Assembly (NCBI GenBank): GCA_003151395.1 | Contig: PLXJ01000039.1 | Location: 56,969-120,968 of the forward strand | Length of the DNA stretch: 64,000 nt | Direction: 5' to 3' | Source of the DNA: Actinomycetota bacterium | Lineage (GTDB): Bacteria > Actinomycetota > Actinomycetes > Nanopelagicales > Nanopelagicaceae | Part shown: piece after piece, positions 29,751-38,266 of the stretch | How the letters are laid out: every line of letters starts with the position of its first letter | How positions within the stretch are numbered: position 1 is the first letter of the stretch | Notes under the pieces: generated by a model | What the model saw: the letters and a program-made list of their open reading frames with translations, nothing else | Databases searched by the model: none | Told to the model about the DNA's origin: nothing | Translations under genes and position numbers: made by a program

Positions 29751-30652
29751 TACAAACCTTCTAACTCTTGCAAGGTGGGAGGATTTGCGCCGGCGCGTGA
29801 ACAGGTGATTGCAGCAGCCGCTGCTGCTCGCATCAAAACTTTTTCGAGCGTAACTCCTACCAGATTTGGAAGACCGTATTTGACGATACTTTCTACAACA
29901 ATCGCTCCAACCGTATCCCCAGCCCCCACGGTATCAACAACATCTATCTTGACTCCAGGTACTGATACTTCACCATCCTGAGTAAAGCCGTCTATTCCAT
30001 TTGCACCCTTGGTGATCACAACCAACTGCGTTTTTTCGGTAATAAAATTTTCGGCAGCCCTCCTAAAGTCCATCTCCGGATAGAGCCAAGCGAGGTCATC
30101 CTCACTCACCTTTATTACATCGGAAATTGTGGCCCACTTCTGAACGATCCCTTGATATCTCTCTCGATCATTGACGACGGAGCTTCTAATATTAGGGTCA
30201 AAGACAAGTGGGGCTTTAACTTGTTTTGCCCAATTGAATAAGTTTGTTGCACCAGGTTCTACGATGGTTGCCAGAGTGCCAACGTGAAGGACCGCCGGCG
30301 GATTGTGTGGGTTGGGAAGCCACGATTCGGAGAATTCAAATGTTGCTGTTCCATCGATGAGGAATTCATAAGAAGCACCGCCTGTTGCATCAAGAGTAAC
30401 TGTCGCGACGCAGGTCGGGGCGTCTGATGTATGTGTGTAATCAAGTTTCACGCCATAAGCCAATAATTCAGCGCGCGCTTGTTGACCATAATCGTCGGTT
30501 GAAATTCCATCAATAAAATATGAATCAAACCCGAGTCGCGCCAGCGCCCGCGCGGTGTTGGCAGGTCCTCCGCCGACGATCGCTACGCTCTGACCATCTT
30601 TGGGAATTAAATCAATGAGGACTTCTCCGGCAACCCAGATTGGGGTATTCAC
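29750..30652 (-). CDS. PfkB-family carbohydrate kinase (fructokinase-like)
   Basis: GGGPANTARALARLG and DTVGAGDTVGA motifs. GTG start overlaps the upstream stop as GTGA. Confidence 0.8.
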   Translation of the reverse strand: MNTPIWVAGEVLIDLIPKDGQSVAIVGGGPANTARALARLGFDSYFIDGISTDDYGQQARAELLAYGVKLDYTHTSDAPTCVATVTLDATGGASYEFLIDGTATFEFSESWLPNPHNPPAVLHVGTLATIVEPGATNLFNWAKQVKAPLVFDPNIRSSVVNDRERYQGIVQKWATISDVIKVSEDDLAWLYPEMDFRRAAENFITEKTQLVVITKGANGIDGFTQDGEVSVPGVKIDVVDTVGAGDTVGAIVVESIVKYGLPNLVGVTLEKVLMRAAAAAAITCSRAGANPPTLQELEGL

Positions 30653-31140
30653 TCATTCTCTCCGACTCGAGCCAAAAATTCGGTAATCACTCGAATACCA
30701 AATAGGTGGTCCTCAACCTGTGGCAATCCACTAATTAACAAAATCCCTTGTAGCCCTTCTCCAACTACATTGAGCGGCAAACCCCCGCCATGAATTGCAT
30801 GCGTTTCTTCGGGCAATCCATTAGTTTCATACCAATTGATTTCTGCTTCCTCAGCCTTGACGCGCTCCAACATTGTTGAGTGGCCAGTGGCTCTTACAAC
30901 CCGTGCTTTGCGAGCAATCCACGAGGGTTGCTCAGGTTTGGCACCGGGTAGCGCGGTATGAAATACGGTCCACTCGCCAAGACGAACCTCTAGAGATACT
31001 GCAAGTGATTCGCGTCTAGCGATTCCTACTGCAATTTCGCCAATGGTTACAGCGTCTTTGAGATCAAAGTGAGGGAGAACCATAACCCGTTCTTCCAACT
31101 CCAATTGTTCGCTCGTGAACCCTCCAGTTGTCATGTGCAC
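30649..31140 (-). CDS. UPF0303 / heme-degrading (GlcG/HbpS-like) domain protein
   Basis: 163 aa. LELEERVMVLPHFD...WIARKARVVRATGHSTM pattern is typical of UPF0303. Confidence 0.6.
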   Translation of the reverse strand: MHMTTGGFTSEQLELEERVMVLPHFDLKDAVTIGEIAVGIARRESLAVSLEVRLGEWTVFHTALPGAKPEQPSWIARKARVVRATGHSTMLERVKAEEAEINWYETNGLPEETHAIHGGGLPLNVVGEGLQGILLISGLPQVEDHLFGIRVITEFLARVGENE

Positions 31141-31170
31141 ACTCTAATAGAGAGCCATAAACTTCTCGGC

Positions 31171-32103
31171 ATGAACCATATCCCCCTCAATAAGACCAAT
31201 CTCAAAGTTTACCCACTCTGTCTCGGTGGAAATGTATTTGGCTGGAGTAGCGATGAGGCAGAGTCCTTTGCCGTCCTTAATGCATACACCGAATATAACG
31301 GAAACTTCATAGATACCGCCGATGTCTACTCCGAATGGAAAGATGGCAATACCGGTCACGATAGCGAGCGGATTTTAGGAAAGTGGATGAAAGAACGAGG
31401 CAATCGTGCCGAGATCGTTCTTGCAACAAAGGTGGCAAAACTTTCTACTCGCCCTGGACTCTCCGGAGCAAATATAAACGCGGCGGTCGACGATTCATTG
31501 CGCGCGTTGCAAACTGAGTACATCGATATTTATTATGCGCACGAGGATGATCAGAAAGTGCCTTTACGTGAAACTCTCAGCGCATTTAACGAACTCATTA
31601 AATCAGGAAAAGTGCGCTATATCGCCGCATCAAATTACACTGGAGAGCGCTTGGCAGAAGCAATCGAAATTTCTAAATCCGAAGGGTTCGTTCAATATAT
31701 CGCCCTGCAAAATTGGTACAACTTACTCCACCGTAAAGAATACGAAGAGGACCTTACTCCCGTGTTAGAAGCCGAGGGTATTTCGGGAATTCCGTTCTTT
31801 GGTCTTGCGCGTGGATTTTTGTCGGGTAAATATCGTCCTGGTGCTACTGTCGAATCCGTTCGTTCTGGAGGGGTAACTGAATACCAGAATGATCAGGGGT
31901 ACAGACTTGTTGATCAATTGGAGAAGATTGCCAAGGCTCATGGCACATCAATTTCATCCGTTGCACTCGGTTGGTTAGCTGCTCAGCCTGGAGTGGCCAC
32001 TCCGATAGCAAGTGCCCGAACAGTTGAACAACTTAAAGAGATTGTTAATTTCACCACCCTTACCAATGATGAAATTAACGAACTCTCAGATTTAACGAAG
32101 TAG
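31171..32103 (+). CDS. Aldo/keto reductase
   Basis: LGGNVFGW..., IDTADVYS and YYAHEDD blocks. Start moved to ATG 31171 (MNHIPLNKTNLKVYPL); the track ORF from 31069 would overlap the divergent gene. Confidence 0.85.
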   Translation: MNHIPLNKTNLKVYPLCLGGNVFGWSSDEAESFAVLNAYTEYNGNFIDTADVYSEWKDGNTGHDSERILGKWMKERGNRAEIVLATKVAKLSTRPGLSGANINAAVDDSLRALQTEYIDIYYAHEDDQKVPLRETLSAFNELIKSGKVRYIAASNYTGERLAEAIEISKSEGFVQYIALQNWYNLLHRKEYEEDLTPVLEAEGISGIPFFGLARGFLSGKYRPGATVESVRSGGVTEYQNDQGYRLVDQLEKIAKAHGTSISSVALGWLAAQPGVATPIASARTVEQLKEIVNFTTLTNDEINELSDLTK

Positions 32104-32109
32104 TTCACG

Positions 32110-32757
32110 GTGACTAAGTTCCGTGCCTTAAATATTGCAGTATCTAGCGACGGATTTATGGCTGGTCCACATCAGTCAGAATCTGCCCCGTTTGGTGAAA
32201 ATGGCGAACAACTTCTCTCTTCTTGGGCGTGGGGAACGAAATCAATTCGAGAATGGTCTGGCTTGTCTGGCGGGACGATTGGTATAGATGATGATTTTTT
32301 GAGACGCGGTTTATTTAACCTGGGCGCAAATATCATGGGTCGCAATATGTTTGGACCAATTCGAGGGCCCTGGATGGATAACGAGTGGAAAGGTTGGTGG
32401 GGTCCGAAACCTGGCTACAAAAACCCCGTCTTTGTTTTGACCCATCACCCAAGAGAGTCAGTAGATATGGGAAACGGCACGGTATTTAATTTTGTGACCG
32501 GAGGAATCAAACAGGCTCATGAAATGGCGCTTGAGGTAGCGGAAGGTAAAGACGTTGGAGTAGTTGGAGGAGTTCAAACAATTCAACAATTTCTGGAAGC
32601 CGGGCTCTTAGATGAATTACATATCGCCGAAGTTCCGATCGAATTACATGCTGGTGAATTGCTTTTTTCAAATCCCGAAAGTCAACTAAAGCACTACCAG
32701 CACGTTGACTCTGTTGCTTCAGATGCTGTCATCCATCACACATATTTAAAAAAGTAA
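32110..32757 (+). CDS. Dihydrofolate-reductase-like protein (RibD C-terminal domain family)
   Basis: 215 aa. IAVSSDGFMAG start and the DELHIAEVPIELHAGE C-terminus are typical of RibD_C proteins. GTG start. Confidence 0.65.
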   Translation: MTKFRALNIAVSSDGFMAGPHQSESAPFGENGEQLLSSWAWGTKSIREWSGLSGGTIGIDDDFLRRGLFNLGANIMGRNMFGPIRGPWMDNEWKGWWGPKPGYKNPVFVLTHHPRESVDMGNGTVFNFVTGGIKQAHEMALEVAEGKDVGVVGGVQTIQQFLEAGLLDELHIAEVPIELHAGELLFSNPESQLKHYQHVDSVASDAVIHHTYLKK

Positions 32758-32770
32758 TTTTGCCGAGGAA

Positions 32771-32795
32771 AGTTCCCGCACCGCTAGCGGGAACT
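32771..32795. terminator. Bidirectional hairpin between convergent genes
   Basis: Perfect 9-bp stem AGTTCCCGC / GCGGGAACT with a 7-nt loop, between the stops at 32757 (+) and 32813 (-). Confidence 0.6.
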
Positions 32796-32812
32796 CTGGT
32801 CTTCTTATGTTC

Positions 32813-33655
32813 TTATTTAGTTGCAGCTGGTGCCGGTGCTGCCCCTGCAGCAGCACCTCCACCAAAACCACCTCCAGGTGTTATTCCCAATTGAGTAAAG
32901 CAGGTCTGCAGCGCAGCTGCTGTTGCGGGATCCTGGAAGTTAGGACGAGCTCCAGCAGCGATAGTTACACCGGCTTTTGTTAAGCAAGCGATCAATTTCG
33001 GATTTGAAAAAGCACCACCGGCACGTCTTACGGTTCCAGTGCTTGCCGCTGCAGTGGGAGCTCCTGCCTTAGAAGCTACCGGGGCAGGAGCAACGGCTGC
33101 GGATCCACCTGTCGCGGCACCACCCGCAGCAGAACCACCTGTCGTAGTTCCACCTGTTGAAGTTCCACCTGTTGAAGTTCCACCAGTCGTAGCAGCGCCG
33201 GTATCAGTGACACGAGCTGCATCACCAGCGACTAGCGAAGATGCTTGCGTTGGATCATCCAAAGTAATTGTGACACTTGAACCTTTTACCGATTTGATAG
33301 TTCCGGTAATGCGGGTTCCGCCACCAAACCCACCAGCACCCGCTCCACCGAACCCTCCAGCAGCCGCTGCCCCGGCGCCAGCCCCTGTCCCGGTTCCAGC
33401 ACCTCCTCCAAATGCAGCTCGGAGCGCGGAAAATCCCGCTGCCCCAGATATTGATGGTATTTTGGTCGCTTCATAATGACCATACCAAGTGCCAACCGAG
33501 AAGAGACCGACAATAACAAAGAGGGCTCCGAGCACCTTCGTGTACTTATTGGTCCATTGGAATGTGCCCTTAGCAAGCTCTTCCTTGAGATTATCTTCAA
33601 CCTCGGTAGCGAAGAGATCAAACTTCGGTGCGTCAGGGGTTAGTTCATCATTCAT
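32813..33655 (-). CDS. Gly/Ala/Thr-rich single-pass membrane protein, last gene of the ABC-transporter string
   Basis: Start set at ATG 33655, which overlaps the permease stop as ATGAATGA. One TM helix (VLGALFVIVGLFSVGTW), GGFGG-type glycine tracts, six GGxxx pentapeptide repeats and a two-Cys C-terminal segment. Confidence 0.6.
   Translation of the reverse strand: MNDELTPDAPKFDLFATEVEDNLKEELAKGTFQWTNKYTKVLGALFVIVGLFSVGTWYGHYEATKIPSISGAAGFSALRAAFGGGAGTGTGAGAGAAAAGGFGGAGAGGFGGGTRITGTIKSVKGSSVTITLDDPTQASSLVAGDAARVTDTGAATTGGTSTGGTSTGGTTTGGSAAGGAATGGSAAVAPAPVASKAGAPTAAASTGTVRRAGGAFSNPKLIACLTKAGVTIAAGARPNFQDPATAAALQTCFTQLGITPGGGFGGGAAAGAAPAPAATK
33095..33184 (-). repeat. Six tandem 15-bp units in the Gly-rich protein gene
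   Basis: Encodes GGTST-GGTST-GGTTT-GGSAA-GGAAT-GGSAA. Two units are identical at the DNA level (CCACCTGTTGAAGTT). Confidence 0.75.
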
Positions 33656-34868
33656 AGCGAAGTGCCTCGATTGGTCGTAGTGATGCGGCGCGTGATGCTG
33701 GGTAGCCGCCGAAGAAAATACCAATCAAGATACTTACTCCGAAGGCCAAGAAGACTGATGCTGGGACAATGACGGGCTTGGTACCAGCGATGGTGAAGTG
33801 ACTACCAACAAATCCAGCTATGACTCCCAAGATGCCTCCCAAAAGCGACAATATCGTCGCTTCAATCAAGAACTGGGTCAAGATCGCAGATTTAGGAGCA
33901 CCGACAGCCTTTCGGATACCGATTTCACGAGTTCGCTCGATGACGGTCACCAACATAATGTTTGTGATGCCAATTCCACCAACGAGAAGCGAGATTGCAG
34001 CAACCATTCCCAACAAAGTAGTAAATGTCTGCGAACTAGAGGAAGCGGTACTCAATAGTGAGGCTTGATTAAATACGCTGAAATCCGCAGTCTTGCGACC
34101 GGAGATTCCATGACGTGCATCCAAGATCGCAGTTAATTCAGTTTGGGCCGCTGTCGTCGTTGTTGATTTTGTGGCTTCTACCAAGATATTTGATAACGGT
34201 TGATTACCTGTAATGGTATTTTCCATCGTCGTAATCGGAATCAAAACTAAACTGTCACCATCTTGAAAACCCGATGATCCTTTGACCGTTGTCAGACCGA
34301 TAACCGTGAACTCAATTCCAGAGCACCGCATCGTCTGCCCAATTGGGCTACTAGTGCCAAAGAGCGCAGTCGCCGTTGTCTGCCCGATCAGTGCAACACG
34401 TCTAGCCTGCGTCACATCGTCGTTGGTGAAATAGGAGCCGGACTGAATCGAGGTGTTGCTCGCTTCATAATACGCAGGCCATGTCCCGTAAAAAGTCGAT
34501 GGCGAAGTTGTATTTGCACCGACAACGCAGGTTCCATTTGTGGATGCGATCGGTGCCACCTGCTTTATATCAGGAGCTTGAGTCTTATCAGTCAACGCCA
34601 CAGTATCCAAAATTGTCAGTGGTTTTATTGTGCTGGCACTTGCCCGAGCGCGGGCTCCAAACCCACCTCCGCCAGAGCGAACCTGCAATGAGTTGGTACC
34701 AAGACGGTCAAGGGAAGCCTGGATCGCCTTGCTCGAACCATTACCAACCGCCAGCAATATTATGACCGAGGCAACACCAATCATGATCCCCAGAGTCGTT
34801 AGCGCAGTACGCAATCGGTTAATAAATAATCCCCGGATCGCGAACTTGATAATTTCAAGGACACTCAT
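33648..34868 (-). CDS. ABC transporter permease, MacB/FtsX family
   Basis: 406 aa. N-terminal TM helix, a large extracytoplasmic domain and a C-terminal FtsX 3-TM bundle (IGIRKAVGA...). Confidence 0.85.
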   Translation of the reverse strand: MSVLEIIKFAIRGLFINRLRTALTTLGIMIGVASVIILLAVGNGSSKAIQASLDRLGTNSLQVRSGGGGFGARARASASTIKPLTILDTVALTDKTQAPDIKQVAPIASTNGTCVVGANTTSPSTFYGTWPAYYEASNTSIQSGSYFTNDDVTQARRVALIGQTTATALFGTSSPIGQTMRCSGIEFTVIGLTTVKGSSGFQDGDSLVLIPITTMENTITGNQPLSNILVEATKSTTTTAAQTELTAILDARHGISGRKTADFSVFNQASLLSTASSSSQTFTTLLGMVAAISLLVGGIGITNIMLVTVIERTREIGIRKAVGAPKSAILTQFLIEATILSLLGGILGVIAGFVGSHFTIAGTKPVIVPASVFLAFGVSILIGIFFGGYPASRAASLRPIEALRYE

Positions 34869-35572
34869 GCGACGCGCTCCCCATTGAGCTCGTCACTCAC
34901 GATTTTGCCATCGCGCATCCGAATGACTCGCTTGGCTCGGTTTGCTACTTCCAGTTCGTGGGTAATAACTACAACCGTGCGCCCAGCTGCATTAATCTGA
35001 TCGAAGAGATCCAACAGATCTGCAGTTGATTTGGAATCAAGTGCGCCAGTTGGTTCATCGGCTAGTAGAAGTGCAGGACGAGTTGCCAGCGCGCGAGCTA
35101 CCGCGACACGTTGTTGCTGCCCACCCGACAACTCCGTTGGTTCATGATTGACACGATCGCTGAGTCCAACGACACCTAGGGCTACCAATGCACGTTCTCG
35201 TCGGACCTTGGATTTAATACCCTGGTACGCCATGGGAAGTTCGACATTATGCAGAGCGGAAGTACGTGGAATTAAATTAAAGGATTGGAAAATAAATCCG
35301 ATCTTTCTACCACGGACGATGGAGAGTTCATTTTCCTCCATGGATGAAATTTCAATTCCATCCAAGAAATACTTTCCACTCGTCATGATGTCAAGGGCAC
35401 CTAGGATGTTCATCAACGTAGATTTTCCAGATCCCGAAGGACCCATGATCGCCACGTATTCTCCCGGAGCGATGGTCAAACTAACTCCATTGAGTGCATA
35501 AATCGTAGAGTCACCTATTCCGTAACGTTTGACGGCGTTTTGGACTTCGATGACTGGTTGAATATCAACCAC
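34865..35572 (-). CDS. ABC transporter ATP-binding protein (MacB-type)
   Basis: Walker [10 protein letters not shown], signature [15 protein letters not shown] and Walker [13 protein letters not shown]. Start set at GTG 35572, which overlaps the adaptor stop by 8 nt; the track ORF runs 120 nt further into the adaptor gene. Confidence 0.9.
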   Translation of the reverse strand: MVDIQPVIEVQNAVKRYGIGDSTIYALNGVSLTIAPGEYVAIMGPSGSGKSTLMNILGALDIMTSGKYFLDGIEISSMEENELSIVRGRKIGFIFQSFNLIPRTSALHNVELPMAYQGIKSKVRRERALVALGVVGLSDRVNHEPTELSGGQQQRVAVARALATRPALLLADEPTGALDSKSTADLLDLFDQINAAGRTVVVITHELEVANRAKRVIRMRDGKIVSDELNGERVA

Positions 35573-37433
35573 CGAATCCACCGCCTCCGCCACGACCGCC
35601 TCCGCCTGTTGCCCCGCCAATGCCTGCCCCGCCAAGAACTGATGGGACACCACCGAGAGAGGAAGAAGTACTAACGACTGCAGGAAGTCCAACTACCTGA
35701 CCAACTTTGAGACCAGACAGGATTTCATCGGATGAGTCACCGACTATTCCCACAAGGACGGAAGTTGGGGTTTCTACTTGTTTGCCATTTACCTTCGTTA
35801 CGACGTTGACGGTAGTGCGAGTACCCCTCGTTGTGACCGCACGTGATGTCACCGAAATCGCATTTGGTGAATCCGCGACAATAACCGTCGCAGTCGTAGT
35901 CATTCCTGGCTTAAGACCGGGGACGACTCCTGCAAGCTGGAAAGTGACGGTGTACGTCGTTGCTCCGCCGGAAACAGTTGGGAGCAGCGCAATTGTCGAA
36001 ACGGTCGCGTTACCTGCAGCATTTGGTAGCGCCGTAAATGCCATTGAAGCGCTCTGGCCGACAGCTATTTTTGCAACATCAGATTCGGAGAATCCGGCAG
36101 TAACTTGAAGTCCCCCAACATCAGTCAGAACGATAAAGCCAGTTGCTCCCGTCGTTCCATTTGTTGGAGTTGTATTTGGACTTATTGAAGAACCAATCAA
36201 TGTGTTAGATATCGATGCAACCTTCCCCGAAACTGGCGCTACCACTGAGGCTCCCTTGAGATTCTTTTGAGCCGTAATGAAATTTGAATCGGCGACTGAC
36301 ACCTGGGCCGCATCCACTGCAATTGTCGTTGAAGTAGTCGAGCTGTTGTTCTGCAATTGATACAGCTTAAGCGAGTACTGCGCCGAAGTAATCGATTGCT
36401 GCGCAGAGGCAAGAGTTTGGGTGTTCTTCTCAATGTTCAGCGCTGCTGTTGTCTTTGCATCGGCGTAACTCTGCTGATAGGTTGCAAGTGATTGTAAATT
36501 CTTCTTAATGTTTAACGCCGCAGTTGCCTGAGCATCGCTATAACTTTGTTGATCGGCCGCAATAGTTTGCGCATCCTTGGCGAGATTTTGTTGCTGCGTT
36601 ATTAAAGCATTGTTATATGCAGTTTGCGCACTCACAACAGCATTATTGTCAGCAACAAGAGTTGTACAGTTTTGATTAATTGTATTAATAGTTGCACAAT
36701 AACTTAAAGTAATTCCATTGGGACCATAAAGTCCCGAATAGTCGTTAAATGTCAATTGCGCATTTGCCAAATTATTCTTCGCGGTGTCTACACTGGATTG
36801 ATAAACAGTAAGATTTTGTGTCGTGGTAGCTTGATCGTTCTTTAACTTTGTTAGGGCTGTCGCAGTCGTTTGACTGTCTGTAGCCTCAGAAGCGCTAATT
36901 AAGGTCTGCTGATAAGCGAGGTTATTCTGCGCTGACGTGACATTTGTACTATCGGTGGCTTGCGACGCAGCAATCAATGTCTGTTGGTAAGCCAGATTGT
37001 TCTCGGCGTTTGTGACTGCCGCCTGGTCGTTCTGAAGTTGTAGCGCCCCTGTCGCAGCAGCAGTGCTCTTGGCGCTCGATAGATTCGCCTGCGCCTGAAC
37101 TAGACTAGCTTTAGCCTGAGCGAGCGAACTTTTGAGACTGTTCGTATCCATCGTGGCGAGAACTTCACCGGCGCGAACTGAATCACCCACCTTGACGTTG
37201 ATCTTAGCCAGCGTTCCTGCTGTGGTGGGTGCGAGTGCGATATCTGTTGGACTGATAACAGTTCCAGAAGAGGATACCGTCGAGGAAACATCGCCGCGGG
37301 CAACGGTTACGGTAGAAAGGGCCACTGGAGCTGCTTTGGGGTGAAGTGAGGAATACCCCCAGAAACCAACCGCCGCAATAGCGACCAAAATTATGAGATT
37401 TATTGAGAGAATACGTAGTCGGGATTTATTCAT
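35565..37433 (-). CDS. HlyD/MacA-type periplasmic adaptor homologue with an unusually long coiled-coil and a Gly-rich C-terminal tail
   Basis: Start set at ATG 37433 (MNKSRLRILSINLIILVAIAAV, membrane anchor). Lipoyl-like motif (VGDSVRAGEVLATMD), about 300 aa of Q/A/N/T-rich coiled coil, beta-barrel and membrane-proximal-like C-terminal half, ending [17 protein letters not shown]. Confidence 0.75.
   Translation of the reverse strand: MNKSRLRILSINLIILVAIAAVGFWGYSSLHPKAAPVALSTVTVARGDVSSTVSSSGTVISPTDIALAPTTAGTLAKINVKVGDSVRAGEVLATMDTNSLKSSLAQAKASLVQAQANLSSAKSTAAATGALQLQNDQAAVTNAENNLAYQQTLIAASQATDSTNVTSAQNNLAYQQTLISASEATDSQTTATALTKLKNDQATTTQNLTVYQSSVDTAKNNLANAQLTFNDYSGLYGPNGITLSYCATINTINQNCTTLVADNNAVVSAQTAYNNALITQQQNLAKDAQTIAADQQSYSDAQATAALNIKKNLQSLATYQQSYADAKTTAALNIEKNTQTLASAQQSITSAQYSLKLYQLQNNSSTTSTTIAVDAAQVSVADSNFITAQKNLKGASVVAPVSGKVASISNTLIGSSISPNTTPTNGTTGATGFIVLTDVGGLQVTAGFSESDVAKIAVGQSASMAFTALPNAAGNATVSTIALLPTVSGGATTYTVTFQLAGVVPGLKPGMTTTATVIVADSPNAISVTSRAVTTRGTRTTVNVVTKVNGKQVETPTSVLVGIVGDSSDEILSGLKVGQVVGLPAVVSTSSSLGGVPSVLGGAGIGGATGGGGRGGGGGFGG
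36402..36551 (-). repeat. Internal 75-nt (25-aa) duplication in the adaptor coiled-coil, pair B
   Basis: QQSYSDAQATAALNIKKNLQSLATY and QQSYADAKTTAALNIEKNTQTLASA are adjacent. Confidence 0.75.
36873..37004 (-). repeat. Internal 75-nt (25-aa) duplication in the adaptor coiled-coil, pair A
   Basis: ENNLAYQQTLIAASQATDS and QNNLAYQQTLISASEATDS lie 25 residues apart. Confidence 0.75.
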
Positions 37434-37495
37434 AAGAGCACCGTAGATAACGTTTTTGTGATTAAACCGCCATATTCCTGTTAATTGACTGTGAG

Positions 37496-38266
37496 TTAAA
37501 CGGGTAGTTCCCCAATTGTCCAAGCAGTCTCCTCATGGCGATCAATAACCCAAACTTTGTACTCCGCGAGTTCTGGCTTGGAAAAGATGACAGCACCATC
37601 GCGACCCATAACTACCAGGGCAGTTGCAAGAGCATCGGCGAGCCCGCCATCTGGACCAATCACGGTCGCGCTTAAAGCCCCGATGGCGATTAAGCCGGTA
37701 TAGGGATCTTTAATATGCGCGCCGATTTCGTAAGTTCCGGAGGTTGCAATCGCTCCCTCGAAAATCTCAAAAACCTTGACCACCTCAAATCGATTTTCAG
37801 GACTGCGAATCCCAATCGACCAAGGTTTACCGGCCTCAAAACCTCCGGCTAGAGAGAGATCTCCCGCGGCGTTAACTTGAACATTTTCAGCCCCATGTCG
37901 CTGCAAGATTCGGATACATCGATCTGCCGCCCAGCCTTTTACATACCCAGATGGGTCATAACCCCCTTTGACACACCATGGATCAAAGGAGCCATCGGTT
38001 AGCCCTTTGGCAACTTCACATAACTGCCAGACTTCTTGCATCTGCGCCGAGGCCTCTTGGATCTTTAGTTCACCACGGCGAATCTTTGAAACCTGGGAGT
38101 CGGGTTTATATGTCGAAAACTCCTGGTCAATGACTTTTACGTATTCGGTGACTTCTGCCAGCCCAGCCTCGAGTTCCTCCAATCCAACTTTCGTTGATGC
38201 GACATCGATAAAAAGGATGGTTCCCCAGACATCAATTTCGGCAGTAGTCCGAGCGCGTTCTGACAA
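37496..38266 (-). CDS. apbE: FAD:protein FMN transferase (ApbE family), no signal peptide
   Basis: GAIATSGTYEIG and IKDPYTGL blocks are typical of ApbE. 256 aa. The only possible start is the TTG immediately after the upstream TAA. Confidence 0.8.
   Translation of the reverse strand: MSERARTTAEIDVWGTILFIDVASTKVGLEELEAGLAEVTEYVKVIDQEFSTYKPDSQVSKIRRGELKIQEASAQMQEVWQLCEVAKGLTDGSFDPWCVKGGYDPSGYVKGWAADRCIRILQRHGAENVQVNAAGDLSLAGGFEAGKPWSIGIRSPENRFEVVKVFEIFEGAIATSGTYEIGAHIKDPYTGLIAIGALSATVIGPDGGLADALATALVVMGRDGAVIFSKPELAEYKVWVIDRHEETAWTIGELPV

Noticed and set aside
33039-33476. 145-aa plus-strand ORF (Pro/Ala/Val-rich) and the minus-strand alternative frame 33286..33621.
   Set aside because: Both are mirror or alternative frames of the Gly/Ala-rich gene. 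Low-complexity GC-rich repeats keep several frames open.
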